Positions 1 through 17,619 are shown, counted from the stretch's first letter. The stretch: DNA of 64,000 bases from the human T2T-CHM13v2.0 reference genome, Homo sapiens (GCF_009914755.1 NC_060930.1), one strand, 5' to 3'. Made by a program: numbers and translations. The notes: generated by a model not told the origin, from the sequence alone.

Positions 1-3610
<3,610 letters not shown>

Positions 3611-5302
3611 GAATGTTGAATATTGGCCTCCCACTCTCTTCTGGCTTGTAGAGTTTCTGCAGGAAGATCCACTGTTAGTCTGATGGGGTTCCCTTTGTGG
3701 GTAACCCAAACTTTCTCTCTGGCTGCCCTTAACATTTTTTTCCTTCATTTCAACCTTGGTGAATCTGACGATTATGTGTCTTCAGGTTGCTCTTCTTGAG
3801 GAGTATCTTTGTGGTGTTCTCTGTATTTCCTGAATTTGAATGTGGTATTCTCTGTATTTCCTTAATTTGAATGTTGGCCTGTCTTGCTAGGTTGGGGAAG
3901 TTCTCCTGGATAATATCCTGAAGAGTGTTTTCCAACTTGGTTCCATTCTCCCATCACTTTCAGGTACACCAATCAAACGTAGGTTCAATCTTTTCACATA
4001 GTCCCATACTTGGAGGATTTGTTCATTCCTTTTCATTCTTTATTCCTTAATCTTGTTTTCACGCTTTACTTCATTAAGTTGATTTTCAATCTCTGATATC
4101 CTTTCTTCCACTTGATCGATTTTGCTATTGATACTTGTGTATGTGTCATGAAGTTCTCGTGCTGTGTTTTTCAGCTCCCTAAGGTCATTTATGTTCTTCT
4201 CTAAACTGCTTACTGTAGTTAGCAATTCCTCTGACCTTTTTCAAGGTTCTTAGCTTCCTTGCATTGTGTTAGAACATGCTCCTTTAGCTCAGAGGAGTTT
4301 CTTATTATCTTCTGAAACCAGGACCCACTTGAGGAGGCAGTCTGTCCCTTATCAGAGCTCTAGTGCTGTGTTGGGGGATCTGGTGCTCTTTTCAGAGCTG
4401 GCAGGCAGGAAACTAAGTCTGCTGGAGCTGCACTCACAGCCACCCCTTCCTCCAGTTGCTCTGTCCCAGGGAGATGGGAGTTTTATCTATAAGCTTCTGA
4501 CTGGGGCTGCTGCCTTTCTTTCAGAGATGCCCTGCCCAGAGAGGAGGAATCTAGAGAGGCACTCTTGCTACAATGGCTTTGCCAAGCTGCAGTGCACCCT
4601 GCCCAGTTCAAACTTCCTAGCGGTTTTGCTTACACTGTGAGGGGAAAACCTCCTACTCAAGCCCCAGTATTTGTGGATACCCCTCCTCCCACCAAGCTTG
4701 AGCGTCCCAGGTCAACTTCAGACTGCTGTGCTGGCAGCAAGAATTTCAAGCCAGTGGAGCTTAGCTTGCTGGGCTCCATGGGGGTGGGATCCACTGAGAA
4801 AGACCACTTAGCTCCCTGGCTTCAGCCCTTTCTTCACGGGGGTGAATGGTTCTGTCTTGCTGGCATTCCAGGGACCACTGGGGTATGAAAAAAAACTCCT
4901 GCAGCTAGCTTAGTGTCTGCCCAAATGCCAGCCCAGTTTTGGGCTTGAAATCCAGGGCCCTGGTGGTGTAGGCACCCAAGGGAATCTCCTGGTCTTCAGG
5001 TTGCAAAGACCGTGGGAAAAGCATAGTATTTGTGCCAGAATGCACTGGTCTTCACGGCACAGTCCCTCACGGCTTCCTTTGGCTAGGGGAGGGAGTTCCC
5101 TGACCCCTTCCACTTCCCAGGTGAGGTGACACCCCACCCTGCTTCAGGTCACCCTCTGTGGGCTGCACCCACTGTCTAACCAGTCCCAATGAGATGAGCC
5201 GGGTACCTTGGTTGGAAATGCAGAAATGACCCACCCTATGTGTTGATCTCACGGGGAGCGGCAGACTGGAGCTGTTCCTATTCAGCCATCTTGCCAGCCA
5301 CC
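3611..5302 (-). mobile_element. 5' part (5' UTR plus partial ORF1) of an L1PA (about L1PA7/8) element, interrupted by the + strand L1
   Basis: ORF1 peptides ENTLQDIIQENFPNLARQ and SSLEKNINDLRELKN; 5' end GGTGGCTGGCAAGATGGCTGAATAGGAACAGCTCC with YY1-type motif; internal deletion near 4320 removes the ORF1 start. Confidence 0.9.
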
Positions 5303-7896
5303 AACTCTTTTTGTATCCTTTAAGTGGAGCATTTAGGCCATTTAGATTCAATTTTAGCATTGAAATGTGAGGTGCCACTGCATTCATCATATTCTTTATT
5401 GCCTCCGTACTTTGGTTTTGTTTTTTGTTTTTGTTTTTTAACTTGTACTTTTGTTTTATAGGTCCTGTGTGATTTATGCTTTAAAGAGATTCTGTTTTCA
5501 TGTGTTTCTAGGATTTGTTTCAAGATTTAGAGCTCCTTTTAGCAGTTCTTCTAGTGGTGACTTGGTAATGGTGAATTCTCTTAGCATTTGTTTGTCCAAA
5601 AACGACTGTATCTTTCCTTCATATATGATGCTTACTTTCGCTGGATACAAAATTCTTGACTGATAATTGTTTTGTTTGAGGAGGCTATGATAGGGCTCCA
5701 ATCCTTTATAGCTTGTACAGTTCCTGCTGAAAAACTGGCTGTTAATCTGATAGGGTTTCCTTTATACATTACCTGGTGCTTCTGTCTCACAGCTCTTAAG
5801 ATTCTTGCCTTCGTCTTAACTTTGCATAACCTGATGAGAATGTGCCTAGGCTAAGATCTTTTTGTGATGAATTTCCCAGGTGTTCTTTGTGCTGCTTGTA
5901 TTTACATGTTCTTTGTGTTTCTTGTATTTGCATGTCTAGGTGTCCAGCAAGGCCAGGTAAGTTTTCCCCAGTTATTCCCCCAAATATGTTTTCCAAGCTT
6001 TTAGTATTGTCTTTTTCCTCAGGAGCCACGATTATTCTTATATTTGGTCATTTAACATAATCCCAGACATCTTGAAGGCTTTGTTCATATTTTCTTATCC
6101 TTTATTCTTTGTCTTTGTTGGATTGGGTTAATTTGAAGTCCTTGTCTTTGAGCTCTGAATTTATTTTTTCTACTTGTTCAGTTCTATTGCTGAGACTTTC
6201 CAGAGCATGTCACATTTCCAAAGGTGTGTCCAAAGTCTACTGAATTTTTTATTGTTTTTTTATTAAGCTATCTATTTTGTTGAATATTTCACCTTTTACT
6301 TCTTATACCTTTTTTTTTTTGGATTTCCTTGCATTGGGCTTTGCCTTTCTCTGGTCCCTCCCTGATTAGCTTAATAACTAACCTCCTGAATTCTCTTTCA
6401 GGTAAATCAGGGATTTCTTCTTGGTTTGGATCCATTGCTGGTGAACTGGGAGTGTGATGAGCCTTGTTTTGTCATATTACCAGGGTTGGTTTTCTGGTTC
6501 CTTCTCATTTGGGTAGACTGTGTCAGAGGGAAGGTAGGGCTGAAGGCTGTTGTTCAGATGTTTTTATCCCATGGGGTGTTCCCTTGATGTAGTACTCTCC
6601 CTCTTTTCCTATGGATGTGGCTTCCTGTGAGCTGAACTGCAGTGATTATTGCCTGTCTTCTGGGTCTTGCCACCTAGCAAGTCTACCCAGCTCTGGGCTG
6701 GTACTGGGGACTGTCTGTACAGAGTCCTGTGATGTGAACCATCTATGGGTCTCTCAGCTGTGGATACCAGTGCCTGTTCTGGTGGAGGTGGAGGAGGGTG
6801 CAATGGACTCCATAGGGGTTCCTAGCTTTGGTGGTTTAATGCTCTATTTTTGTGCTGGTTGGCCTCCTGCATCAGCTATACTAGTGTGGAGAGGGACTAG
6901 AGGTGGGTGGGCCCTAGAACTCCAAAGATTATATGCTCTTTGTCTTCTGCTACCAGGGTGGGTAGGGAAGGACCATCAGTTGGGGGTGGGACTAGGCGTG
7001 TCTGAGCTCAGACTTTCCTTGGGCACGTCTTACTGAAGCTTCTGTATGGTGTGGGGGTGAAGTTCCCAGGTCACTGGAGTTGTGTACCTAGGAGGATTAT
7101 GGCTGCCTCTGCTGAGTCATCTGAGTTGTCGGGGAAGTGGAGGGAAGCTGTCAGTCACAGGCCTCACCCAGCACCCATGCAAACTGAAGGGCTGGTCTTA
7201 CTCCCACCATGCCCCCAACCCCGCAACAGCTCCAAGTCTGTTTCCAGGTGGGGGGAAAGTCAGGCTTGAAAACTTGCCTGAGGCTTTCCACCTCCCAGCT
7301 GTGAAAGAAAAGGGCTTTAGTCCTTCCCCCACCTGTGAAGTCTGCAAACCAGATTCATGCCCTCCCCCAAGTTCTGGCCAGGAGGCTTCTCCCCCTGTTC
7401 AAATTGTTAGAAAGTTCAGGTAGAGCAGTCCTCCATGTGGAGTTTTACCCTCTGTTCCTTTGGCCACACTTCTGATGGATCTCTGTGGTGCCAGGCAGGA
7501 ATGAGCTGCTTGGGGATCCAGCAAGCTCTGAGGTCTTCTCTGCTGCTTCCTCTACCCCTATATTTTGCTTGGCTCAGCTCTCTAAATTTACTGAGGCCCA
7601 GGTAAAGTTGGGAACTTCTCCTGCAAACAGACTTTCAGCTTCTCCAGTTGTGGGGTGTGTTTGAGGGAGTAAGGCCTCCCTTTTCCACTTCTGCAGTTGG
7701 GGAACTCACAGTATTTGGGGTGTCTCCCTTATCCTGCAGGAGCAGTCTGCTTCCTTCACACGGTCTGTGGGTCCTCTCAGGATTGCTGGTCTGTTCTTGC
7801 AGTCAATATGGGGCTAAAATTCACAATATGAGCCTCTGCATGCTGCTCTGTCCAGAGCTGCAATCTAGTCCTGCCTCCTGTCTGCCATGATCCCTC
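5303..7896 (-). mobile_element. Older L1 (L1PB-like) 5' UTR, ORF1 and ORF2 start, interrupted by the L1PA at ~5303
   Basis: ORF1 C-terminus YQSRILYPAKVSIIYEGKIQSFLDKQMLREF; ORF2 start MNAVAPHISMLKLNLNGLNAPLK; 5' end GATCATGGCAGACAGGAGGCAGGACTAGATTGCAGCTC. Confidence 0.85.
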
Positions 7897-9278
7897 ACCT
7901 CTTGGGTTTTTCTTCTATTACTTTAAAGATGTTACTTTATTGTTTCTGACTTTCATTGTTTCTGATGAGAAGGCATCAGTCATTTGTGTAACTGTTCCTT
8001 TATATAAACAATCTTTTTTCCTCTGGCTTATAAAATTTTCCTAGCTTTCTTTGATTTTAGACAATTTAACCAAGAAGATTTGCCAAAGTAAATCATACAT
8101 TTTTACTTTTCAAAATCATATTTCTGATTGATTAGTTTTCTTGAATCTGTGAGCTTTTTTTTCTTCATATTTGGAAAGTTTTCAGCCATCATTGCTTCAG
8201 GCATTTTTTCTGTTCAAGTATCTCTTTCTTCTCTTGTGATATCTGATCACAAGATCAAATGATCATATGTATATTTTAAATGTTTTTGCTAATTCTATCA
8301 TTTCTGTCATTTCTGGGTCTATTTGTATTGAATGATTTTTCTCCTGGTTATGGATCACACTAAATGCTTCTTGTATGTCTAGTAAATTTTTAAATTTATG
8401 TCACATATTGTGGATGCCAGATAACTGAGCAATTTGATTTTATTGTTTACCTATGAAGAGGTTAAGCTTTCTTCTGATGGGCAACTAATTTATGTTGAGA
8501 GGATTTTGGTCTTTCTGACTTGCTTTTCAATTTTGCTAGGATTTTTGTGGAGTAGATTTTGCTCTTAAAATACATCAACTCTGTTTCCAAAGAGTGGCTT
8601 TTCTGGGGTCTCTACTGAATGCCCAAGATTTGCAATGAGGTCTCTTTTCTAGCTGGTAAGAACTCAAATATCCCCCAGTGCTTTGTGAGCTCTGCCATCT
8701 CCATTGAACTCATTGTTCCCTTGTAGTTATTCTTTCCCCAGTAGCTGTTCTTTGTCCTACTTTCATTGTGGAATCACTCCCTGTGCATATGCAGATTTAT
8801 ATTACACTGAGGTGACTTCTAGGTACATGACTGTAGCTCTTTATCTCCACAAATTCTTTCTCATTATTACCAAGTGTAGAAAATCCCAGCTGCCTTTGTA
8901 ATCCCAAACTCTGGTGTCTCTCAGTTCATCAAGACTGCTGTGGTCTTCTTGGGCTCCATCTCTTTTTCCTTCAATCCATGATGAAATACAGCACACTTAT
9001 GGGGTTGATCACATTTGTTTTCTGTTCTAAATTATCTCAATACACTACTATCTGTTGTGCAACTTGTGAAAACAGTATTTTCATATATTTTATAGTCATT
9101 TACTTCCAAAAGGCTGTTATGCTTATACCTGCTTTTTGTCCATGTACTTGTCCATTTTACTTTTCAGCGTTTGTGTACCTCCTGACTCTCATCCGCCTTC
9201 CTGCTTTTGCTCTTCAAGTCCTGGCAACACATGTCCTTTCAGACCACTGGTGCTTCAGGCCCAGTGTGTTTATACCTG

Positions 9279-9284
9279 TATGTA

Positions 9285-9349
<65 letters not shown>

Positions 9350-9356
9350 GTGTATA

Positions 9357-9397
<41 letters not shown>

Positions 9398-9673
9398 GTG
9401 TATATATATATATATATATGGGTATATATATATATACACACATGCACACATATATTTGTGTGTGTAAATGAATATTCAGTTACATACCTGAATATTTATA
9501 TATAAATATTTAAAATGTTATATTAAAATATATAAAAATACTCAGACATACATAGTGAAACAATATAATTTTTAATGAAATATTAAAAATATATAAATTT
9601 ATGCAAAAATTTAAATATAAGTTTTATACACAAGTATATAAATATTCAGACATATATATAAATATTCAGATGT

Positions 9674-9729
<56 letters not shown>

Positions 9730-9730
9730 C
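9279..9730. repeat. Compound (TG)n(TA)n microsatellites flanking an AT-rich low-complexity tract
   Basis: TG/TA runs at ~9285-9436 and ~9676-9724. Confidence 0.95.
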
Positions 9731-10141
9731 TTAATTTTTTTTTTTTTACTTATTACCCATGACAAAAATGGCAAACAAACCTTCGGGAATTGAAATTTAG
9801 AATGACAGAATTGCACGAGTGAAAGATGACATTGATTTTTAGTGGGCATTGTGGAATGGTGCTGTGTTTAAGCTTTGGTCATTTATCTTCTGAGCTTTAC
9901 ATTAATATGACTTCGCCACTTCCGTATATTCTACTCCTTCCATAAAACTATTAGGAAAAATAGCAGGCCTAAAATTTCTCTTCTCTTAGACTCTTTGCTC
10001 AAAAGCAAAGGTCCTGAGACATTTTGCCAAAATGTGAGTCTAAGAGAAATTTGTCCCTAGGAAGTGAGCTTAAAGCATGGGTCTTCTAACCAATATTTGA
10101 GTTGGCTGTTGCTCCTCTTATGGTTTTAATCAAATACATAC

Positions 10142-10301
10142 GCATTTGGGTAGTTTTCTGGGGTCCTCTGATGCCAGTGTGGTATCATAGATGACCAAGA
10201 TTGACAGGTCCTTCCTGTGACAGTGGTGGAGGATATGCCTCGATAACTCCGTCCATCACCATGGTAGCAATCCTGGACCACAGGGCTTTTCTCAGGTGGT
10301 G
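10142..10301 (-). CDS. LPA: apo(a) KIV-9 exon 1 (160 nt)
   Basis: [54 protein letters not shown]; ttcag acceptor, gtatgt donor. Confidence 0.96.
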
Positions 10302-11469
10302 CTGAAATTAAAATAAAATAAATCATACTCAGTAATTGCATGAGCAGAGAAACATGGGAGACAATTTATGTCACATACTGGACAGTAGCCTCTGAAAATT
10401 ATTACTATTCTTTTTTCTACTAGTAGCAAAAGGATGTGAAAAGACCCAGTAGATTCATAGTATTCTAGAATTTTAATAAGTTCATAGAAACATTATTTTT
10501 AAATCTAAAGATAAAGAACAGAGGAGAATGCTGGACATTGGAAATTACATTCATGTGCAGCTCCATCATATGAATCTCTGCTGGTTTTCATGAGAACCAC
10601 AGGGCAGAAGACCAGAATGCAATGCATTCCTTGGTGCAGGCTGTAGGAGGTGACTGGTGGTCAGTCAGGGGCCGACACAAGACCCTTGCGCATTTCCCTA
10701 GACCATTGCTCATACCAAGGCAAAAGGCTTAATCTTTTGAAAATTTGGGCAGGAAATCATCCTACATTTAGGAGTGCAGGCAAAGACTCATTGTTTCTCA
10801 AGGAGGGTTAGAGACAAACAACTTATTCCCTTGGAGGAGAGATAGGGAATCTTCTAGTGCCCAGAGTCCTGAATTGTAACAAAGCAGAATTCTCTTCCTC
10901 TTCTTCTGTAGACTCACTGCCAATGCAGGTTTCATGAGAAGAAGAGGCAAGAACACCTAGAAATTTCTAACTTCAAAGCTGAGGTGAACAGAGCCTGTGA
11001 AAGACTGAGATAGGCCAGGGAGAGACAGCATTCGTTGGTTACCTCCTGCTATGCAGCCCCAGGACAATAGAAAAATAATGCAGTCTCCTTAGGTTTCTCT
11101 AGGATATCATACTCAAAGGCCATGTTCTTAAGAAACTGCAAACTGTAGATTGCAATGAAAAAAGTCTACTTTAAATCACTGGAAAGGCTTATTGGCTTGG
11201 AAATCTTCACATATTTGGCAGGCTGTTAGAATATCCATTTTGGCTAGGACACTGAAATGACCCATTTAATAACCAGGGGAGTGGTAAGTCCAGTGCCCTG
11301 GCGGGTCTGTGCCCTTCCTAAAGACACCGTGCCCTTCCTAAAGACACTGCCTCCTCACAGCGTGCCAAAAATCACAGTTCTGGATCCCCCAGAGAGGGCG
11401 CTGAGGCTTTCCTCCACATTGCAGACCCTCAACCAACCCTCCAGTGTACCACTGAAGGCTTCTGCATCA

Positions 11470-11775
<306 letters not shown>

Positions 11776-12879
11776 CTACATTTTGCTGTAACAAAGTGTT
11801 AACAAGTGCCTTTGAAATATTCCCATTATACCACAATAATATTGCCACAAGCACAAATGGTCTTCAGCTTCAACTTTTAAACAACTGTGGACACATCACA
11901 GATTATAATTTTTGTTTTAAAACATCAAAAGTAGTATATGCTCTCTATGAAAACTGAGATAATACATGTCTGTACAAGAAAGGATCAGAATATCTTCCTT
12001 TCACCTTCTGCCAAATACTTTCCTCCAGAATAAATGACACAGATTTTGAAATATGTATCTTAGATTTTTTAATGCACATACAAAGATATCTCTGTCTGTC
12101 TAGCTCTTTGTCTCTCTCTCTATAAGACTATATAGTAATATGTAAGTTGGAACTCAAATACATTTCCCCAAGGAAGAAGTGGCATCCAAGATTATATAAT
12201 TCCCATGCCAGCCCCCTTACTCTATTTACTCATAGTGTAGCATAAATGCTCTACATTTGCAATATAAAATAATCATGAAAATAGTATTACTATAAATACT
12301 GTATCTGGTAGAGCAAGTGGGTTTGGGTCTACAGGACTTATAAAAGCTTCCCTGGAAAACTAGCTCCCAGGCAGGATGCTGCTTCTCTAGGATGGGTTCA
12401 TGGGCACGACCTCCTCTCCTGCTCTCAGTCCATCCTCTGCTGGCTGCAGCCACTCTGGGACTGAAGGAATGGGTGATGAGTTGAAAGAACAGCGGGACCC
12501 AAGGCATAAAGGGAGACGGCTAGGTAGACTATGGGATCTGAAGGGGTCAAGTGGCTATGGATGAGTCAGAAAACAATGCAGTAAGAGGCACAGCAGGTGA
12601 AGACCCCAGGCTGGAGGAATCTTGGAGAATGCCTTCCCCATTATGCCTCCCAAGAACGTTGCTCCAACCTCTCAGAATCCTCACATTCATGACCTGTGGC
12701 TGTCTGAGAAAACTTGGAACGTATTATGGAGCATGGGAATCCAACACGGTCTCTGTAGAGACTCTACACATGTGACCTAGTCTCAAGCCCAGATCCCCCA
12801 TTTGAGGATGTTAGGCAGTGGTTTTTAACACAACTGGACGTATCAAGTGATGTAGCACCTGAAACAGATACCTGCTCTG

Positions 12880-15000
12880 TTTTTCAGTTGAGTATATTTT
12901 CACATAGAGTGAGATGCACAGATCTTAAATGTAGCTGGATGAGATTTGATAAATACATATACTTGTGTAGCCCACACTGCCCTCACAATGCAGAACATTT
13001 TCACCACCCCAGAAACTCCCTTGTGTGGCTGCTCAATCAATCTCTGCTACCCTCTTCCCACGGCCAGTGTCAAATGCTATTGGTTTCTTTCACCATAAAT
13101 TGTGTTTTCTATAAACTCACATGAATGGACTCATACAGACTATACACTTTGACGTCTGGCTTCTTTCCTTAATATATTTTTGAGGTTTGTTCATGCTTCT
13201 GAGACTATCAGTAACTTGTTCCTTGTTGATGAATAGTATTCCTTTGTATAAATATACTGGAAATTCTTTTTTCATTTTCTTTTGATGAAACCATTTAAAT
13301 AGTTTTCATTTTCTTTTGATGAAAACATTGAAATAGTTTTTATTTTGAGTTTATAAAACATAAAGCTGCTATGAATATTTATATAGATTTTTGTGGACTT
13401 ATGTTTTCATTTTGGGGGGTAAATATTCAAGAATAGAATTACAGGTTTGTAGGATAGATGCATATTTATCGAACTTTATAAGAAAGCATCAGACTGATTT
13501 TTTAATTTGTTGTATGATTTTGAACTTCCACCAGCATATGAGAGAGTGGCACATTCTAGCTCCAAATCGGTGACACCACTTATTATTGTGTCTTCTTAAT
13601 GATATCCATGTACACTGGATGTTCAGTGTCATCTTATGAGGGTTATAACTCTTGATTTTTGATGGCTAAGATGTTGTGCACTTTTTCAGGTGATTGTTGG
13701 CTCTGTGTGCATCTTCTCCTAAGAAATGACTATTCAAGCCTGTTGCCCATTTTGATTAGGTTGTTTGTCCTCTGATTAGTGAGTGGGAGAAATGTTTCTA
13801 TACTCTGGATACAGGCCATTTGTCAGATATATGGATGAGAGTGTTTTTCTTCCAGTGTGTTACTTACTTATTTATTTTCTTAACAGTCATATTTGGTGAG
13901 CATAAGTTTTTATTCAATGAATGTCCACATTATCATTTGTTTTCTTTTACAGTTAGTGTTTTCTGGTTCTTCCCTCAAAAAATTTTTCCTTCTCCAAGGT
14001 TATAAGATACTATACTTTTTCATAGCAGTCTTATATTTCAGCCTCAGAATTAGCTGTTACATTGAGGTCTAAGAGCTATCTCAAATTAATTTAATTTGAG
14101 TCATACAGTAGGATTCAAGCGTCACATTTGTTATAGTTTTTTTCTATGGCTATCCAGTTGTTTCAGACCAATTTTGGAAAAAAATTTCCTCATTAAATTG
14201 CTTTGCTACCTGTATTGAAAATAAATTGACCATATATGTAAATTTATGCTGACCCTTTTCTGTTTTTGTTTGCATATGTTTTGCCCAATACTATGTATTT
14301 TTTGTTTGTTTGTTTGAGAGAGAGAGGGAAGGTTTTAATCTGTCTCCCAGGCTAAAGTTCAGTAGCACAATCATGGCTCATTTCAGCCTCCACCTCATGG
14401 GCTCCAGTGATCCTCCCACCTCAGCTTCCTGAATAGCTGGGACTACAGGCACATGGCACCAAACCTGGCTAATTTTTTTAAATATTTGTAGAGATGAGGG
14501 TCTTGCTATGTTGCCCAGGCTTGTCTGCAACTCCTCATCTCAGGCAATCCTCTCATCTTGGCCTCCCAAAGTGTTAGGATTACAGCCAAGCGTCCCAGCC
14601 AATACCACATGTCTTGATTACTGTGTCTTTATGAGAATTTCCATATTACCATATGCATCTATCCCACAAACTTGTGATTTTATTCCAAGTTTTTTATTCT
14701 TTTTAAAGATTGTCTTGGTGATTCTAGCATATACATTCTGTTAGGTTTTCAAGAAAAGACTGCAGGAATTCTGCTTGGGTGTGGGTTGAAACTAAAGATC
14801 AGTTTTGTGAAAAGTGACATTGGATTTTTTAATCTATAAGCATGATGTGTCTTTATTTAGATCTTCTAATTTTCTTCTCACCAATGTTATGTAGTATACA
14901 TGGTATAGTTCTTTTGCATATTGTGTTAAATTTATCAATAAAGTTTTTTTGTTTTGATAGTATTTTGTGGTTTTGATGCCAATTCCCATATGGTATTATT
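12880..15000 (-). mobile_element. Ancient L1M-type 3' fragment specific to the KIV-8 long intron (interrupted by an Alu)
   Basis: Degenerate antisense L1 3' end wording (gctgctatgaatatt, tatactctggatac, atccagttgttt); no counterpart in the other complete kringle introns; boundaries approximate. Confidence 0.6.
14298..14600 (-). mobile_element. Alu, diverged (AluJ-like)
   Basis: gatcctcccacctcagcttcctgaatagctgggactacagg ... gcctcccaaagtgttaggattaca; T-rich tail at left. Confidence 0.9.
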
Positions 15001-15169
15001 TTTCTTCTACTTACATAGCATTCTTTCACATCTTTTATTACATAATCCTGCTGATGAAACATTCTTTTATTTGTTCTTTGTTTTTAGGAGGACAGAATAT
15101 GTACTTACGTAACATTCATTTTCAGTGGAATTGTTTGCTGTGCATAGCGTTTAAGCTTGCTGGGTTTTT

Positions 15170-15540
15170 TTCCTTCTTTTCACTCTAAAGGTGTTATTCC
15201 ATTGTTTCTGACTTGATCTTTTTTTTTCTTCTTAGCATATTATTCCATTTTTTCTGACCTGATCTTTTCTTCTTCTTACTACTCTAAAGGTGTTATTTCA
15301 TTGTTTCTGATTTTATCTTGTTTTCCTTCTTACCACTCTGAAGGCGTTATTCTGTTGTTCCTGATTTGATCTTTTTTTCTTTCTTACACTCTAAAGGTGT
15401 TATTCCATTGTTTCTGATTTGATCTTGTTTTCCTCCTTACCACTCTAAACGTGTTATTTTGTTGTTTCTGATTTGATCTTTTTTTCTTCTTACCACTCTA
15501 AAGGTGTTATTCTATTGTTTCTGATTTGTGTTGTTTCTGA
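15170..15540. repeat. ~54-bp minisatellite, about 7 units
   Basis: Unit cactctaaaggtgttattccattgtttctgatttgatcttttttttcttcttac starting at 15181, (partial ~15235), 15280, 15334, 15387, 15441, 15494. Confidence 0.9.
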
Positions 15541-17174
15541 TGAGAAGGCATCAGTCATTTGTGTCACTGTTACTCTATGTAAAGGTATGTTTTTTCCCTT
15601 GGGCTTCAAATAAGATTTTACTTTCTATCTTTGATTATGGACAATTTAATTATGATGTGTCCAAATAAATCATACAGCTTTACTTTTTAAAATCCTATAT
15701 CTGATCCATTGAGCTTCTTGACTATGTGAGTTTATCATTTTTTCCATATTTAGAAAGTCATCAGCCATCACTGCTTCAAGTATTTTTTCTGTTCCAATAT
15801 CTCTTTCCCTTCCTCTGTGACTTGCTTTAAACAAATATTAAATATTTTGATATTTTCATAGATGTCCTTGAGGCTCTGTTTATCTTCTCAGGCTTTGTAT
15901 AAGCGTGCTATGGTTTGCACCACCCTAATATTTTCTAGTTAGCTTTATCATCTGTACTATCTAATATGATTATAAGGCCATGTAGTGATTTTCTCATTAA
16001 AGAGATGTCTTTTTTTTCAGTTCTTGACTCTCCATTTGGTCCTTTTACAATTTTTCTTTCTGTTGATATTATCCATTTATTTATTTCTTGTCCACGCTTT
16101 CTTTAAATCCTTGAACACAATTATGATACATACATTTTAAATCTCCTTGCCAATTCTGTTATTTTTATCATTTTTGGGTCTATTTGTATTGACTGATTTT
16201 TCTCCTGGTTATGGGTCACACTAAATGCTTTTTGTATGTTTAGCAAATTTTTAAATGTATGCCACACATTGTGCATACTATATAATTGAGCAATTTAATT
16301 TTGTTGTTTACCTCTGAAGAGGTTGTTTTCTTCTGACAGGCAATTAATTTACTTGGAGATCATTTGGATCTTTTTAGACTTGGTTTCTAAGCTTTTCTAG
16401 GGTGTTTCTGGAGTAGACTTTATTCTAGGAATGCATTAATTCTACTCCTGAAGTATGGTTTTTTGGGGTCTTTGCTGAATGCCCAAGATGTTCAATGAAG
16501 TGTCTCTCCTCAGGCTGGTCAGAGCTCAAATACCTCCCAGTGCTATGTGAGCTCTGGCATCTTCATTGAGCTCACTGTTCCCCAGCAGTTGTTCTTTCCC
16601 CAGTAGCTGTTCTTTGTTCTCCTTTCTCTCTGGAAACTCTTTCTGTGCATACACAGCTTTCTGTTCAGCCAGAGACTTGAAGAGACTTCTGTGTGTATTC
16701 CTGGAGCTCCTTTTCTCCACAAATACTTTCTCATTATTACCTAACCTAGAAAATCTCGGTTTTATTAGTAAACAAAACTCCAGTCTCTCTCCCCAGTTTA
16801 GCAAGACTGCTGTGGAATGCTTTGGTTAAAACTCTTTGCCCTTAAGTCTAGGAAGGGTAATTATGGGGTTGATCTTATTTGTTTCCCTTTCTAAACTATC
16901 TCAGGTTGTACTGTCTGCTGTTCAACATGTGCAAACAGTTTTTCCGTATTATTCATACTCACTTATGGCAAGAGGCCAGTTTTTGTCAGACATGCATTTT
17001 TTTGTCCATGTACCTGCCCATTTTAATCACCACATCTGTTTACTTCCTGACTCTCATCTGCATTCCTGCTTTTACTCTGCCTGACAACCCATATCCCTTC
17101 AGAAAACTGGTGCTTAGAACCCAGTGTGTTCATACAGGCTAGTACTCATATATAAATATATGCACTCATTTCTA

Positions 17175-17252
17175 TTTTCTTCTTCTTCTTCTTCTTCTTC
17201 TTCTTCTTCTTCTTCTTCTTCTTCTTCTTCCTCCTCCTCCTCCTCCTCTTCC

Positions 17253-17293
<41 letters not shown>

Positions 17294-17337
17294 TTCCTCT
17301 TCTTCTTTTCTTCTTCTTCTTCTTTTTTTTTTTTTTT
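17175..17337. repeat. (TTC)n/(CTC)n/poly-T pyrimidine tract; (GAA)n on the LPA sense strand; derived from an Alu tail
   Basis: 163 bp without a purine; pure (TTC)18 at 17177-17230. Confidence 0.95.
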
Positions 17338-17619
17338 GAGATTATGTCTTGCTCTGTCACCCAGGCTGGAGTGCAGTGGCATGTTCTCGGCTCACAGCAA
17401 ACTCTGAATCCCAGGCTCAAGTGTTTCTCCTGCCTCAGCCTCCCAAGTAGTTGGAATTACAGGTACCCACCACCATGACCGGCTAATTTTTTAATTTTTC
17501 GTAGAGATGGGGTTTTGCCATGTTAGCCAGGCTGGTCTTGAACTCCTGACCTCTGGTGATCTGCCCGTCTTGTCCTCCCAAAGTGTTGGGATCACAGGCC
17601 TGAGCCACTGCACCCAGCC
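17338..17619 (-). mobile_element. Alu (AluS-like), full length
   Basis: Complete dimeric Alu in reverse orientation ending ccactgcacccagcc. Confidence 0.95.

Noticed and set aside
8978-9849. YI/CV-repeat ORFs
   Set aside because: Translations of TA/TG microsatellites.
15170-15540. Repeat array as a CRISPR-like locus
   Set aside because: Units are head-to-tail with no unique spacers, in a primate intron with no cas genes.
17124-17420. Poly-Ser, poly-Lys and poly-Arg ORFs
   Set aside because: Translations of the TTC tract and Alu tail.
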